A stretch of DNA of 64,000 nucleotides from Veleropilina oligotropha (Eukaryota). A model generated the notes under the pieces. It worked only from the letters and a program-made list of their open reading frames with translations. It was not told the origin of the DNA and did no database searches. This document shows positions 23,781-34,449 of this stretch, in pieces (the stretch's first letter is position 1; each line of letters starts with the position of its first letter). The DNA is taken from contig JBEUKZ010000047.1 in the NCBI GenBank assembly GCA_048128005.1, positions 310,001 through 374,000 on the forward strand. Reading direction: 5' to 3'. The position numbers and the translations under genes were made by a program.

Positions 23781-24298
23781 GTTATTTGATATAATTCGAT
23801 GCATCTGGTCCCCACCCACCATGGAGTGCCAACAAGGGCGATGTCCGTAAGCCTGCTGGTAACCGGCAGGCAGACACCGGGGATACAGATGCATTATACT
23901 CCATTATTAATGACATTAGAAGCTTTAGATATATCCAAAGAACTAAGCGGTCAATAATACCAGATTGACCCATGAGCAACCGCCTTCTATACTACAGGCC
24001 AAACTATTTACAGTATATATATACAATTATGAATGATAGTTTATGATGATAATAAAATTGAGTTACTTGCCAAAATGAAAGATGTTAAAACTGGCATATA
24101 ACTATGTCGCCTGCAATCTAGGGCATGGCGTTACCAGCCGATTGAATGGACCGGGCCCATCCATTTACCACTCTAGAGGAATCATGGGCCAAAGTGGTGT
24201 GTTGGGTCAAAGACGGGTGATACCAGCATCTTTGCCCCTCAACCACCAGGATCCCACTCTCCCTCGACAGTAGGTCGCAGGTCACGGCAAACGACCTG

Positions 24299-24374
24299 GT
24301 TGTGCGTTTCGTTCAGGGAACTTTCGTTCCCCTATCCAGGGCCCACCACGAGGAGGCGCACAACATCGAGCCCC
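24299..24374 (-). ncRNA. HDV-like self-cleaving ribozyme at the 5' end of element C
   Basis: Sense: P1 GGGGCUC, J1/2 GAU, P2 GUUGUGC, P3 GCC, L3 UCCUCGU, P3' GGU, P1' GGGCCCU, P1.1 GG, P4 GGGGAAC-GAAA-GUUCCCU, J4/2 containing CGAA, P2' GCACAAC. G1 coincides with the element boundary. Confidence 0.88.
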
Positions 24375-25778
24375 AAATGATGTTCCGGGTAAGTGCTTAA
24401 GTAATTGATAGTGAATGTCATCAGGGCCAACTGATGTGTCATTTGCCTTGTTTGGTGAATCTGTGAGTTCCTTGTGTGAAAATGGCTGATTGTATGACTC
24501 TGTATTGTTGGATCTAAAATTGAGCCTTGTTTTTTCTTTTTGATGCTTAAAACGGCTGAATTTTGGAGTGCAGTTGTCGGATGATGAATTGGCAGAAAAT
24601 GTGTCTGCCAAGGTGTTTGCGATGTCTTTAGCCGTGTTGGCTTCTGAATTGGTTGTTTTAAGGTGCTTGATGCAGTTGGGTGTATGCTTGCCGCTGATTT
24701 TACGGATCATATCCCATGTTTTTTTAATAGTGGAACGAGAGTTTAGTTTGGTAACGTAGGAATGCCAGGATTCCCTTTTGCTGTGCTTGATGGTACGTCT
24801 GGCTTGTGCTCTTAATAGCCTAAAGCTATTAAGATTTTGTAGTGTTGGGTACTGTTTAAATGTTGAAATTGCATGTATGCGTGCTTTGATTGCTTGTCTG
24901 CAGTCTTCATTAAACCAAGGTTTACTTTTGTGTTTTGCATTTGGGCAGGTCTTTGGAATTGAGAGTGTTGCAATGTCATGTAATGTCGTAGAGAAACTTG
25001 ATATTGGGTCATCGCCAGTAGCGAAGTTGTTTGAATGTAATTGGTCTTCGCAAAGGGATTGGAATCTTGGCCAATCAGCTTTGTAAAGTTTCCACCTTTC
25101 AGTGTATGTTTGTGCTTGGTTAATTGTGCTTTCCAGGAAAATTGGAAAGTGGTCGCTTCCGCGGAGGTCCTCACCAACTTTCCAAGTAAAGTCCAGGAAA
25201 GCAGATGGGTCGCACATGGTAAGGTCAATGGTGGTAAGTGAGCCTGTAGGTGGATGCATGTATGTTGGCGATTTGGTAGTATTAAATAAACACAGATTGT
25301 GTTTCCCAATAAAGTCCTCTATTTGATGTCCCCGTTTATCTGTATCAGTACCGCCCCAATCCGTACTGTGGGCGTTAAAATCGCCACACAATATAAATGG
25401 GGTCGGTAGCTGATTGATGAGATTGTCAAGGTCAGTAGGTCGTAAGTTTGTACTAGGTGGTAAGTATACCGAGCAGATAGTTATTACTCGGTGAGTCGAT
25501 ATTTTCACTGCTACTGCCTGTAAGTTTGTGTTTAAGTTGACCTGACTGTGTGGTGTTCTGTTGTTGACAATGATTGAAACCCCCCCTGTTGCTTTGTCAC
25601 CAGTGGTGACAATGTGATTGTATAGTGAGTGGTCTTTGATATGTATGTTGTCTGTGAGTTTCATGAAGGTTTCATTAAGACATAATGCTGTTGGTTTGTG
25701 TTCTTGAATTAATAGACTGATCTCATCAATATTAGGTTTAATGCCTCTACAATTCCATTGTATTATTGTGCCTGACAT
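24375..25778 (-). pseudogene. A2 ORF2, truncated after the endonuclease and linker
   Basis: The protein follows A ORF2 to ...YQLLKHLP and then reads into the C ribozyme sequence. Confidence 0.9.
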
Positions 25779-25836
25779 GTTGGTTTAATGGTGTGTGTAT
25801 TAAGTTATTTGTTTGTAGTGTTATGTTAAAATTTGC

Positions 25837-27318
25837 CTATTTATTCGGTGGAAGTACGGGCTTGATGGGAGGTTTTGGCTTGTGCGGGCGATCCAATGGC
25901 TGATCGCTTTCCATTGGATCGTTGGCTGGAGGAAGCGGCCCAGGTGTTTCGGGGCTCTCCTCCGTCTGCCGGTGTAATTTGTCTGCTGCCGCCTTCCCAC
26001 CCTTCATGGCAGCAGCAACAATTTCGGACGCGAGGTCCTCGATAATCGTGTCGGTATTATCAATTTGGTCATCTGATGGTTCGTTAGTATCCATCAGGTG
26101 ACCAAAGCGATTATGCAGCTTAATAGGGTCCTCGGACCCTTTGGGCTGTCGGTCTGTCTTTATTGTTTGGTTTTTAATGGCTGCTGCCTTGCGAACAGCA
26201 GCAGCCTCTTTTTTAGAGTTATGAGTAGTAGGTATGATTGATGTTTGTGTTGATTCTGATGATGATGATGCTAACTTGTTTCGAGATGGTACAGTACTGA
26301 AGAATGGTTTGCCAGATGGCCAGGTAATATCAGTTTGCGTCGAAGAGGATCGAGTGATCGGCTTTTGCTCCGGTGCTGCAGCAATTGCAGCATAGGATCT
26401 GCCCGAAGTAGTGCGGGATTCCACCAGTTTCCTGGCATCCGGGAAAGAGATCCGGTCGATGGTCTTGACCCTCTGGATCTCTTTCTCGTGCTTCCACTTC
26501 GGACAGTCCTTAGAGTAAGCGCAGTGCTTACCCTTGCAATTGGTGCACAGAGGCTGTTGGGAGCAAGAGTCAGAGTCATGACCCTCTTCGCTACAACGAG
26601 CACATGCGGGATTTCTTCTGCATCGGTCTTTGTGATGCCCAAATGCCTGGCATTTGAAGCATCTCAAGGGATTTGGAATGTATGGTTCTACAGGGATGTT
26701 GATGTAACCAGCTTTAACATATTTTGGAAGCACTGGAAGGCGGAAGTCCAAGATGATGGTGTTGATGGGGACTTTCTTCCCATCCTTGAACATTGTCAGG
26801 CGTGTAACCTTGATTACACCCTGACTAGCCATGCCTTCCAGCAGTTCAGGTTCACTGCATCCCTGCAGGTCCCTGGATCTAATAACTCCCTTGGAGCTGT
26901 TCAAAGACCGATGCGGTCTGATTATTACAGGAATATTAACAAATGTATCTGTTCTAAGAAGGTTTTCCGCATGGCTCTTTCTGGCGCATTCAACCAGTAG
27001 TGTGCCATCTCGTAGTTTTTTAACGGATCGTGGTTCGCCAGCCAGGCCGAGAATGGCCTTGGATATGGCGAACGGACTCAGAGAAGTGATAGGAGTGTTG
27101 GAGTTGCACGATTCCACCGTTAAAAAACGGGGCCAGCTTTCCGGTACGACTGGTGGAGGGTCAGGTCTATAAGGAGCATCTAGCTCTGGATGATAAGGTG
27201 TAGACCGGAAAGCGGCCAAAAATTTAGCGTCATCATCATCAGAAACAGAGTCGACGGATATATTCCGTCGCTTTGCTGCTGTGTGGTTTCGGCGTTTAGG
27301 AGGGTGTGGAGTTGCCAT
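25837..27318 (-). CDS. A2 ORF1 zinc-knuckle protein (intact)
   Basis: One amino-acid difference from A1 ORF1 seen (SIKPT vs SIIPT). Confidence 0.9.
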   Translation of the reverse strand: MATPHPPKRRNHTAAKRRNISVDSVSDDDDAKFLAAFRSTPYHPELDAPYRPDPPPVVPESWPRFLTVESCNSNTPITSLSPFAISKAILGLAGEPRSVKKLRDGTLLVECARKSHAENLLRTDTFVNIPVIIRPHRSLNSSKGVIRSRDLQGCSEPELLEGMASQGVIKVTRLTMFKDGKKVPINTIILDFRLPVLPKYVKAGYINIPVEPYIPNPLRCFKCQAFGHHKDRCRRNPACARCSEEGHDSDSCSQQPLCTNCKGKHCAYSKDCPKWKHEKEIQRVKTIDRISFPDARKLVESRTTSGRSYAAIAAAPEQKPITRSSSTQTDITWPSGKPFFSTVPSRNKLASSSSESTQTSIIPTTHNSKKEAAAVRKAAAIKNQTIKTDRQPKGSEDPIKLHNRFGHLMDTNEPSDDQIDNTDTIIEDLASEIVAAAMKGGKAAADKLHRQTEESPETPGPLPPANDPMESDQPLDRPHKPKPPIKPVLPPNK

Positions 27319-28532
27319 ATTTTGTGTATTAAGTTTCATCACCCGAGGTCCCCGCCCACCCCGGAGCCCAACAAGGGGGCATTTTAATGGGTGCGGAGTT
27401 CCAGCACCCAATGCCAGGGATACCCGGGTGATATACTCAAATAAGATAATGAATGTAGTGGTGGGAAATGTGTATCCCACCATCCATTACTCACTTGATT
27501 GACCCTTCAGCCACCGCCTTCTGGGATATAGATCGATTGATGGTATATGATCTGTTACATAAAGTGTTTTGATTGAAATGTATAAATGTAATATTATTAA
27601 AATATATTATCCCAGGGCTTGACGTGACAAGCCGATTGATCAGATAGGGCCTATCTGACCTCCCGTCTAGCTGAATCCGAGGCCAAAGTAGTGTGTTGCT
27701 TCAGCCTAAGCTGAAGCTCAACTACCAGGATCCTCTTCTCCAACATCACGGGTCGCCACCCACGGCAAACAGGTGGCTCCCATTTGGGGGGATCTTACCC
27801 CTCTGCAGGGAGAGCAGTCGGCATATTCTAACCCCTAACCGACTGGGGGTTTGTTTGAAGAGGTAAAAGTTATTTATATCAACAAAAGTATAAACATGAT
27901 AGTCTTTTCACCTGATATTGTACTTCCCCTTTGTATATTCGTGCAGCCACTTATAAGTCCATCACGACTGTTTTCTTATCTTCAGTTAGGTATAAAAATG
28001 ATGTTTCAATACCGCAAATATATATATATATATATATATATATTTGGAAAAGACAAACGGAACAGGCCCAATGCCAAATTTTATTTTGTTGAGAATTCCA
28101 AGTATTGCACCATAGTATTAATAAACTCAGTGTCACTCTTAACCTGTCCATTGCAGAGTAGGCATCATGTTCAGTCTTACATCAAACGACATATACGGCC
28201 TCCCACCGAACCTGGCGTTCCTGGAGTGAGTGAGTGAGTTAATTTATCGTCGCTGTCGGCACTATTATGCCATAGTGCGACGGTAATATTTATTTTAAAT
28301 AATGAAGATATTAAAAACGATGTTAAATAATATAAAATCAATGTCAAATAATAAAAAACAATAAAAGATGTAAAGCAAAATAATAACAACAACAGTAGCA
28401 ATAAAATGAAGTCAAGCCATAATAAAAACAATATAAATGTCAAATAATGAAATATAATAAAACAATATCATAGAGCAAAATATGTAGTTATGGATAAAAT
28501 TAGAAATGGTAAAAATAATAAAAGCACAATGG

Positions 28533-29184
28533 CCCGTAGGATCATGGTTGCCATTAAGTCTCCTGTAGGATCATGGTTGACGTTAAGTCTCCTGTAGGAT
28601 CATGGTTGCCGTTAAGTCTCCCGTAGGATCATGGTTGCCGTTAAGTCTCCTGTAGGATCATGGTTGCCGTTAAGTCTCCTGTAGGATCATGGTTGCCGTT
28701 AAGTCTCCTGTAGGATCATGGTTGCCGTTAAGTCTCCCGTAGGATCATGGCTGCCGTTAAGTCTCCCGTAGGATCATGGTTGCCGTTAAGTCTCCCGTAG
28801 GATCATGGTTGACGTTAAGTCTCCCGTAGGATCATGGTTGACGTTAAGTCTCCTGTAGGATCATGGTTGCCGTTAAGTCTCCTGTAGGATCATGGTTGCC
28901 GTTAAGTCTCCCGTAGGATCATGGCTGCCGTTAAGTCTCCCGTAGGATCATGGTTGCCGTTAAGTCTCCCGTAGGATCATGGTTGCCGTTAAGTCTCCCG
29001 TAGGATCATGGTTGCCGTTAAGTCTCCCGTAGGAACATGGTTGCCATTAAGTCTCCCGTAGGATCATGGTTGCCGTTAAGTCTCCCGTAGGATCATGGTT
29101 GCCGTTAAGTCTCCTGTAGGATCATGGTTGCCGTCTGTCTCCTGTAGGATCATGGTTGCCGTTAAGTCTCCTGTAGGATCATGG
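28533..29184. repeat. 29-bp tandem satellite, ~22 units
   Basis: Same unit and same flanks as 8013-9157; 493 bp (17 units) shorter. Confidence 0.97.
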
Positions 29185-29502
29185 TTTGATTTGATTTGAT
29201 GTTTAACGACCACGCCGACACTATAATGGTCATAATCGGGTCGGTCAAGTTAATTATACAATAGTTTAATATAAAATGTTAAAAGTTGAGATATATATTT
29301 ACTTATAAAATATCAATGCAATAAAACATATGTGATAAATAATAAAAACAAATCAATATATTTACAAGTAAAATAAACTATGCAAATTTAGATAAAAATA
29401 AGATCAAATGTTTGCTAAAAACGAGTATAATAAAAAGTATAATAATAAAATAAAATAAATATATATAGAATTTAGTCAAAGGAAATAAAAGTATAAATAA
29501 AA

Positions 29503-32500
29503 TTATAACTTATGGAAAATATTTACCTGTTTTAAAAATTCAAATACGGCTTCGAGCTTATTAAGATTAAATAACTCTTGGAGTGAATTTGCCCTAAAAT
29601 ACCCTTGGCGTGCGAGATCCAAATCGACACAATCCAATAATATATGTTTAATTGTTAGGGCAGTTGCACAAGGAATACACTCGGGTGGAGGCTCCCCTTT
29701 AAGCAAGTAGGAGTGAGTGTAGTGAGAATGCCCAATTCTCAGTCTGGCCAAGACGACCTCCTCTCGCCGAGATGGCCTGCAAGAGGGTCCCCAGTCACCA
29801 AGAAGAGGTTGGACATTCTGCAGTTTATTCCTTGTGCATTCACTCCAAGAGTGCTGCCAAGTAGAATTTATATATTTGTTTATGCTTTGTTTAAAATCTG
29901 AGTGTGGTAGTTTACAATTTAGTATATTGTTAAAATTTGAGGCTGCCTTGGCAGCTTGGTCAGCCTTCTCATTGCCTTGGATACCGATATGGCTCGGTAT
30001 CCAGCATAAAACAATGTCATTGTCAGGTAAAAGGTTGTTATAGTTTAATAAAATTTCCTGAACAATAACATTTCTATTCATCTCCCTCAGTGCTTGTAAG
30101 CTAGAGAGGGAGTCTGAATAGATAATAAAACGCCGTTTAGTACTTGTAGAGATAAAATTAAGAGCAAGCTCGATTGCTTTTAGTTCTGCAGTATATATAG
30201 TCGCGCTGCCTGGCAGACGGTTTTGAAAACATTGTCTGCCAGTGACAGCGGCTGCTCCTACCAATTCTGCATCTTTTGAACCATCTGTGTATATGCTTGC
30301 ACGATCTGAATATTTTAATTTCAGATCGTGCACTTTTATGAGATAATCTGATGTGTCTGTGTTTGATTTTTTGAGTGATGTAAGTTGTAGATCAATTACC
30401 GGTACTTTTAGTGTCCATGGTGGAGTATCCGGAATGTGAATTGTTTTAATTTGACCTACATGTATGCCTGCGTTTTCTAGTGCTGGTTTTATGCGGATGC
30501 CAAACGGTGCAATTTTGTTTGGTTTTGCCTGAAATAGATTTTCGTAATTTGGTGTATAGACAGTTTCGAAAGCTGGGTTAGATGGATTTGATTTTAATTT
30601 TATTGCATATTGTAGTGATAGTTTTTCACGTCTGAGTGTAAGAGATGGTTCATTGGCTTCGACATAGAGGCTTTCCATGGGTGATGTGCGAAAAGCCCCT
30701 AATGCAAGTCGAAGCCCTTGATTATGGATTGGATCAAGCATTTTAAGATATGAATGGCGAGCAGAGCCATATACTATGCTCCCATAATCGAGTTTTGATC
30801 TAATTAATGATCTATATAGTCGTAATAAAACTGTTTTATCAGCACCCCATTCAGTATTAGAAACTACTTTCATTATATTTAAAGCCTTTTTACATTTGGC
30901 TTTGATGTATTTTAAATGAGGTATGAAAGACAGTTTTCGGTCAAATATAAGGCCTAAAAATTTAAATTGATCTACCACTGGAATCTCAAAGTCATCCAGC
31001 TTTAACACAGGGTCGTCATGTATTTCACGACGCTGGCAGAAGTGCATGCATTTAGTTTTGTCCTTTGAGAATTTAAATCCGTTCTCATCGGACCATATCT
31101 GTAATTTATTTAGGCCATGTTGTAGCTGGCGTTCTATACTGTTCATATTTGTTGAACGATAGCAAATGCCAAAATCGTCAACAAATAAAGAACAGTCAGT
31201 GCCAGCACTAATACATTTGACGATACTGTTTATTTTAATACTGAATAGGGTGACTGATAAAATGCTTCCTTGAGGGACACCCATCTCCTGGTCGTGGATA
31301 TCGGAGAGGGTGTCACCCACCTTAACGTTAAAATTTCTATCCTCAAGGAATTTCGAAATAAAATTGGGCAAGTGGCCCTTTAAACCAAAATCAAACAAAT
31401 CCTTCATAATCCCGTACTTCCAAGTCGTGTCGTAGGCCTTCTCTAGATCGAAAAAAACAGCAACTAAATGTTGTCTGTTTAGGAAGGCCTCACGAACAAA
31501 AGTTTCCAGACGTACCAAGTGATCTGTGGTGCTCCGGTTGCGCCGGAACCCACTTTGATATTCTGTAAGTAAATTATTTGATTCAAGATACCAAACTAAT
31601 CTCTCGTTTATCATCCGTTCCATGGTTTTGCAAATACAACTCGTCAGGGCTATGGGTCGATAACTGTTAGGATTTGATGTATCTTTTCCCGCCTTTGCAA
31701 TTGGGATAACTGTAGCTTCCCTCCACGAGGGAGGGAAGGTTCCAGTTTCCCAGATAGTATTGAATATTGCAAGTAGAGTTGTAAGTGATGTTCCAGGTAA
31801 GTGCTTAAGTAATTGATAGTGAATGTCATCAGGGCCAACTGATGTGTCATGTGCCTTGTTTAGTGAATCTGCGAGTTCCTTTTGTGAAAATGGCTGATTG
31901 TATGACTCTGTGTTGTTGGATCTAAAATTGAGCCTTGTTTTTTCTTTTTGATGCTTAAAACGGCTGAATTTTGGAGTGCAGTTGTCGGATGATGAATTGG
32001 CAGAAAAGGTATCTGCCAATGTGTTTGCAATGTCTTTAGCTGTGGTTGCTTCTGATGTGTTTGTTTTAAGGTGCTTGATGCAGTTGGGTGTATGTTTGCC
32101 ACTAATTTTACGGATCATATCCCATGTTTTTTTAATAGTGGAACGAGAGTTTAGTTTGGTAACGTAGGAATGCCAGGATTCCCTTTTGCTGTGCTTGATG
32201 GTACGTCTGGCTTGTGCTCTTAATAGCCTAAAGCTATTAAGATTTTGTAGTGTTGGGTGCTGTTTAAATGTTGAAATTGCATGTATGCGTGCTTTGATTG
32301 CTTGTCTGCAGTCTTCATTAAACCAAGGTTTATTTTTGTGTTTGGCATTTGGACAGGTCTTTGGAATTGAGAGTGTTGCAATGTCATGTAGTGTTGTAGA
32401 GAAACTTGATATTGGGTCTTCGCCATGAGTTAATTGATGTGAGTGTAATTGCTCTTCGCAAAGTGATTGGAATTTCTCCCAATCTGCTTTGCGAAGTTTC

Positions 32501-33186
32501 CACCTTTCTGTATGTTCTTGTGCTTGATAGATTGTGCTTTCCATGAAAATTGGAAAGTGGTCGCTTCCGTGGAGGTCCTCACCAACTTTCCAATTAAAGT
32601 CCAGGAAAGCGGATGGGTCGCACATGGTAAGGTCAATGGTGGTAAGTGAACCTGTAGGTGGATGCATGTATGTTGGCGATTTGGTAGTGTTAAATAGACA
32701 CAAATTGTGTCTCCCAATAAAGTCCTCTATTTGATGTCCCCGTTTATCTGTGTCAGTACCGCCCCAATCAGTACTGTGGGCGTTAAAATCGCCACACAGT
32801 AAAAATGGGGTCGATAGCTGATCGATGAGATCGTCAAGGTCAGTAGGTCGTAAGTTTGTACCAGGTGGTAAGTATACCGAGCAGATTGTTATTACTCGGT
32901 GAGTCGATATTTTCACTGCTACTGCCTGTAAGTTAGTGTTTAAGTTGACTTGACTGTGTGGTGTTTTGTTGTTGACTATGATTGAAACCCCCCCTGTAGC
33001 CTTGTCACCAGTGGTGACAATGTGGTTGTATAGTGAGTGCTCTTTGATGCGTATGTTGTCTGTGAGTTTCATGTAAGTTTCATTGAGACAAAATGCGGTT
33101 GGTTTGTGTTCTTGAATTAATAGACTTATCTCATCAATATTCGGTTTAATGCCTCTACAATTCCATTGTATTATTGTGCCTGACAT
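29503..33186 (-). CDS. B2 ORF2 APE-RT-RNase H (1227 aa, intact)
   Basis: Essentially identical to B1 ORF2 (ISGKH vs ISAKH). Confidence 0.96.
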   Translation of the reverse strand: MSGTIIQWNCRGIKPNIDEISLLIQEHKPTAFCLNETYMKLTDNIRIKEHSLYNHIVTTGDKATGGVSIIVNNKTPHSQVNLNTNLQAVAVKISTHRVITICSVYLPPGTNLRPTDLDDLIDQLSTPFLLCGDFNAHSTDWGGTDTDKRGHQIEDFIGRHNLCLFNTTKSPTYMHPPTGSLTTIDLTMCDPSAFLDFNWKVGEDLHGSDHFPIFMESTIYQAQEHTERWKLRKADWEKFQSLCEEQLHSHQLTHGEDPISSFSTTLHDIATLSIPKTCPNAKHKNKPWFNEDCRQAIKARIHAISTFKQHPTLQNLNSFRLLRAQARRTIKHSKRESWHSYVTKLNSRSTIKKTWDMIRKISGKHTPNCIKHLKTNTSEATTAKDIANTLADTFSANSSSDNCTPKFSRFKHQKEKTRLNFRSNNTESYNQPFSQKELADSLNKAHDTSVGPDDIHYQLLKHLPGTSLTTLLAIFNTIWETGTFPPSWREATVIPIAKAGKDTSNPNSYRPIALTSCICKTMERMINERLVWYLESNNLLTEYQSGFRRNRSTTDHLVRLETFVREAFLNRQHLVAVFFDLEKAYDTTWKYGIMKDLFDFGLKGHLPNFISKFLEDRNFNVKVGDTLSDIHDQEMGVPQGSILSVTLFSIKINSIVKCISAGTDCSLFVDDFGICYRSTNMNSIERQLQHGLNKLQIWSDENGFKFSKDKTKCMHFCQRREIHDDPVLKLDDFEIPVVDQFKFLGLIFDRKLSFIPHLKYIKAKCKKALNIMKVVSNTEWGADKTVLLRLYRSLIRSKLDYGSIVYGSARHSYLKMLDPIHNQGLRLALGAFRTSPMESLYVEANEPSLTLRREKLSLQYAIKLKSNPSNPAFETVYTPNYENLFQAKPNKIAPFGIRIKPALENAGIHVGQIKTIHIPDTPPWTLKVPVIDLQLTSLKKSNTDTSDYLIKVHDLKLKYSDRASIYTDGSKDAELVGAAAVTGRQCFQNRLPGSATIYTAELKAIELALNFISTSTKRRFIIYSDSLSSLQALREMNRNVIVQEILLNYNNLLPDNDIVLCWIPSHIGIQGNEKADQAAKAASNFNNILNCKLPHSDFKQSINKYINSTWQHSWSECTRNKLQNVQPLLGDWGPSCRPSRREEVVLARLRIGHSHYTHSYLLKGEPPPECIPCATALTIKHILLDCVDLDLARQGYFRANSLQELFNLNKLEAVFEFLKQVNIFHKL

Positions 33187-34449
33187 GTTGGTTTAATGGT
33201 GTGTATTAAGTGATTTGCTTGTAATGTTAATTTTAAATTTGCCTATTTATTCGGTGGAAGTACGGGCTTAATGGACATTTTCGGCTTCGCTTTGGACTGC
33301 CGATCCAATGGTTGGTCGCTTTCCATTGAATCGTCGGCAGGAGGAGGTGGCCCAGGTGGATCGGGGCTCTCCTTCGTCTGCTGGTGTAATTTTTCTGCTG
33401 CCTCTCTCCCACCCTTCGTGGCAGCAGCAACAATTTCCAGCGCGAGGTCCTCTATAATGCTATCGGTATTATCAATTTGGTCATCTGATGGTTCGTTGGT
33501 ATCCATCAGGTGACCAAAGCGATTATGCAGCTTAATAGGGTCCTCGGACCCTTTGGGCTGTCTGTCTGGTTTAATGTTTGTTCTATCTGATTTTGAATGT
33601 TTCTTAGAGGCTGCTGCTTTAGGAACAGCAGCAGTCTCTTTTGTAGAGTTGCGAGTAGGTTTGATAGCTTTGATTGATTTTGATGTTTGAGTTGATTCTG
33701 ACGATGAAGATGCTAAATTGCTTCGAGATGGCAAAGTGCTGAAAAAAGCTTCGCCAAATGGCCAGGTGATATCCGTTTGTGTCGAAGAGGATCTAGTGAC
33801 TGGCTTTTGCTCCGGTGCTGCAGCAATTGCAGCATAGGATTTACCCGAAATGGTCCTGGATTCAACCAGTTTCCTGGCATCAGGGAAAGAGATCCGGTCG
33901 ATAGTTTTGACCCTTTGGATCTCTTTCTCATGCTTCCACTTCGGGCAGTCCTTAGAGTAAGCAAAATGCTTACCCTTGCAATTGCAGCATAGTGGTGGTT
34001 TGGAGCAAGAGTCAGACTCGTGACCCTCCTCGCTACATCGAGCACATGCGGGATTCCTTCTGCATCGGTCCTTGTGATGCCCAAATGACTGGCATTTGAA
34101 GCATCTCAAGGGGTTTGGGATGTAGGGCTCTACAGGGATGATAATATAACCAGCTTTAATTGTTCTAGGTAGAACAGTTTTGATTTGATTTGATGTTTAA
34201 CGACCACGCCGACATTATTTCAGTCATAATCGGGTCAATAAAATAGAAATGATCGTGATTGGTATATTTACAGGTTAAAATATATAAATATCGATAAAAA
34301 GGAAAGTAAAAACAATGTAAATTTAGATAAAAACAAAGCAATAAAATAAAATGCTAGTGATGATAAAATGGTTGATAAAAACAAGTATAATAATAAAAAA
34401 CAAAATCTGAAATTTGTGAAATAAATACTATTAAAAATAAAAATAAAAA

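Larger units (their letters stand above)
18261..24374 (-). mobile_element. Full-length I-group retrotransposon, copy C (divergent ORF1 and 5' UTR, ribozyme at the 5' end, no TSD)
   Basis: (TTTGA)n tail at 18261, ORF2 very close to B/E, and a different ORF1. The left flank is hAT transposase and the right flank is the interior of an A-type ORF2. Confidence 0.93.
24375..27849 (-). mobile_element. Copy A2: 5' half of an A-type element, 3' part lost at the C junction
   Basis: Near-identical to about 3855-7329 (offset 20520) with the same right flank TTTGTTTGAAGAGG. Confidence 0.93.
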
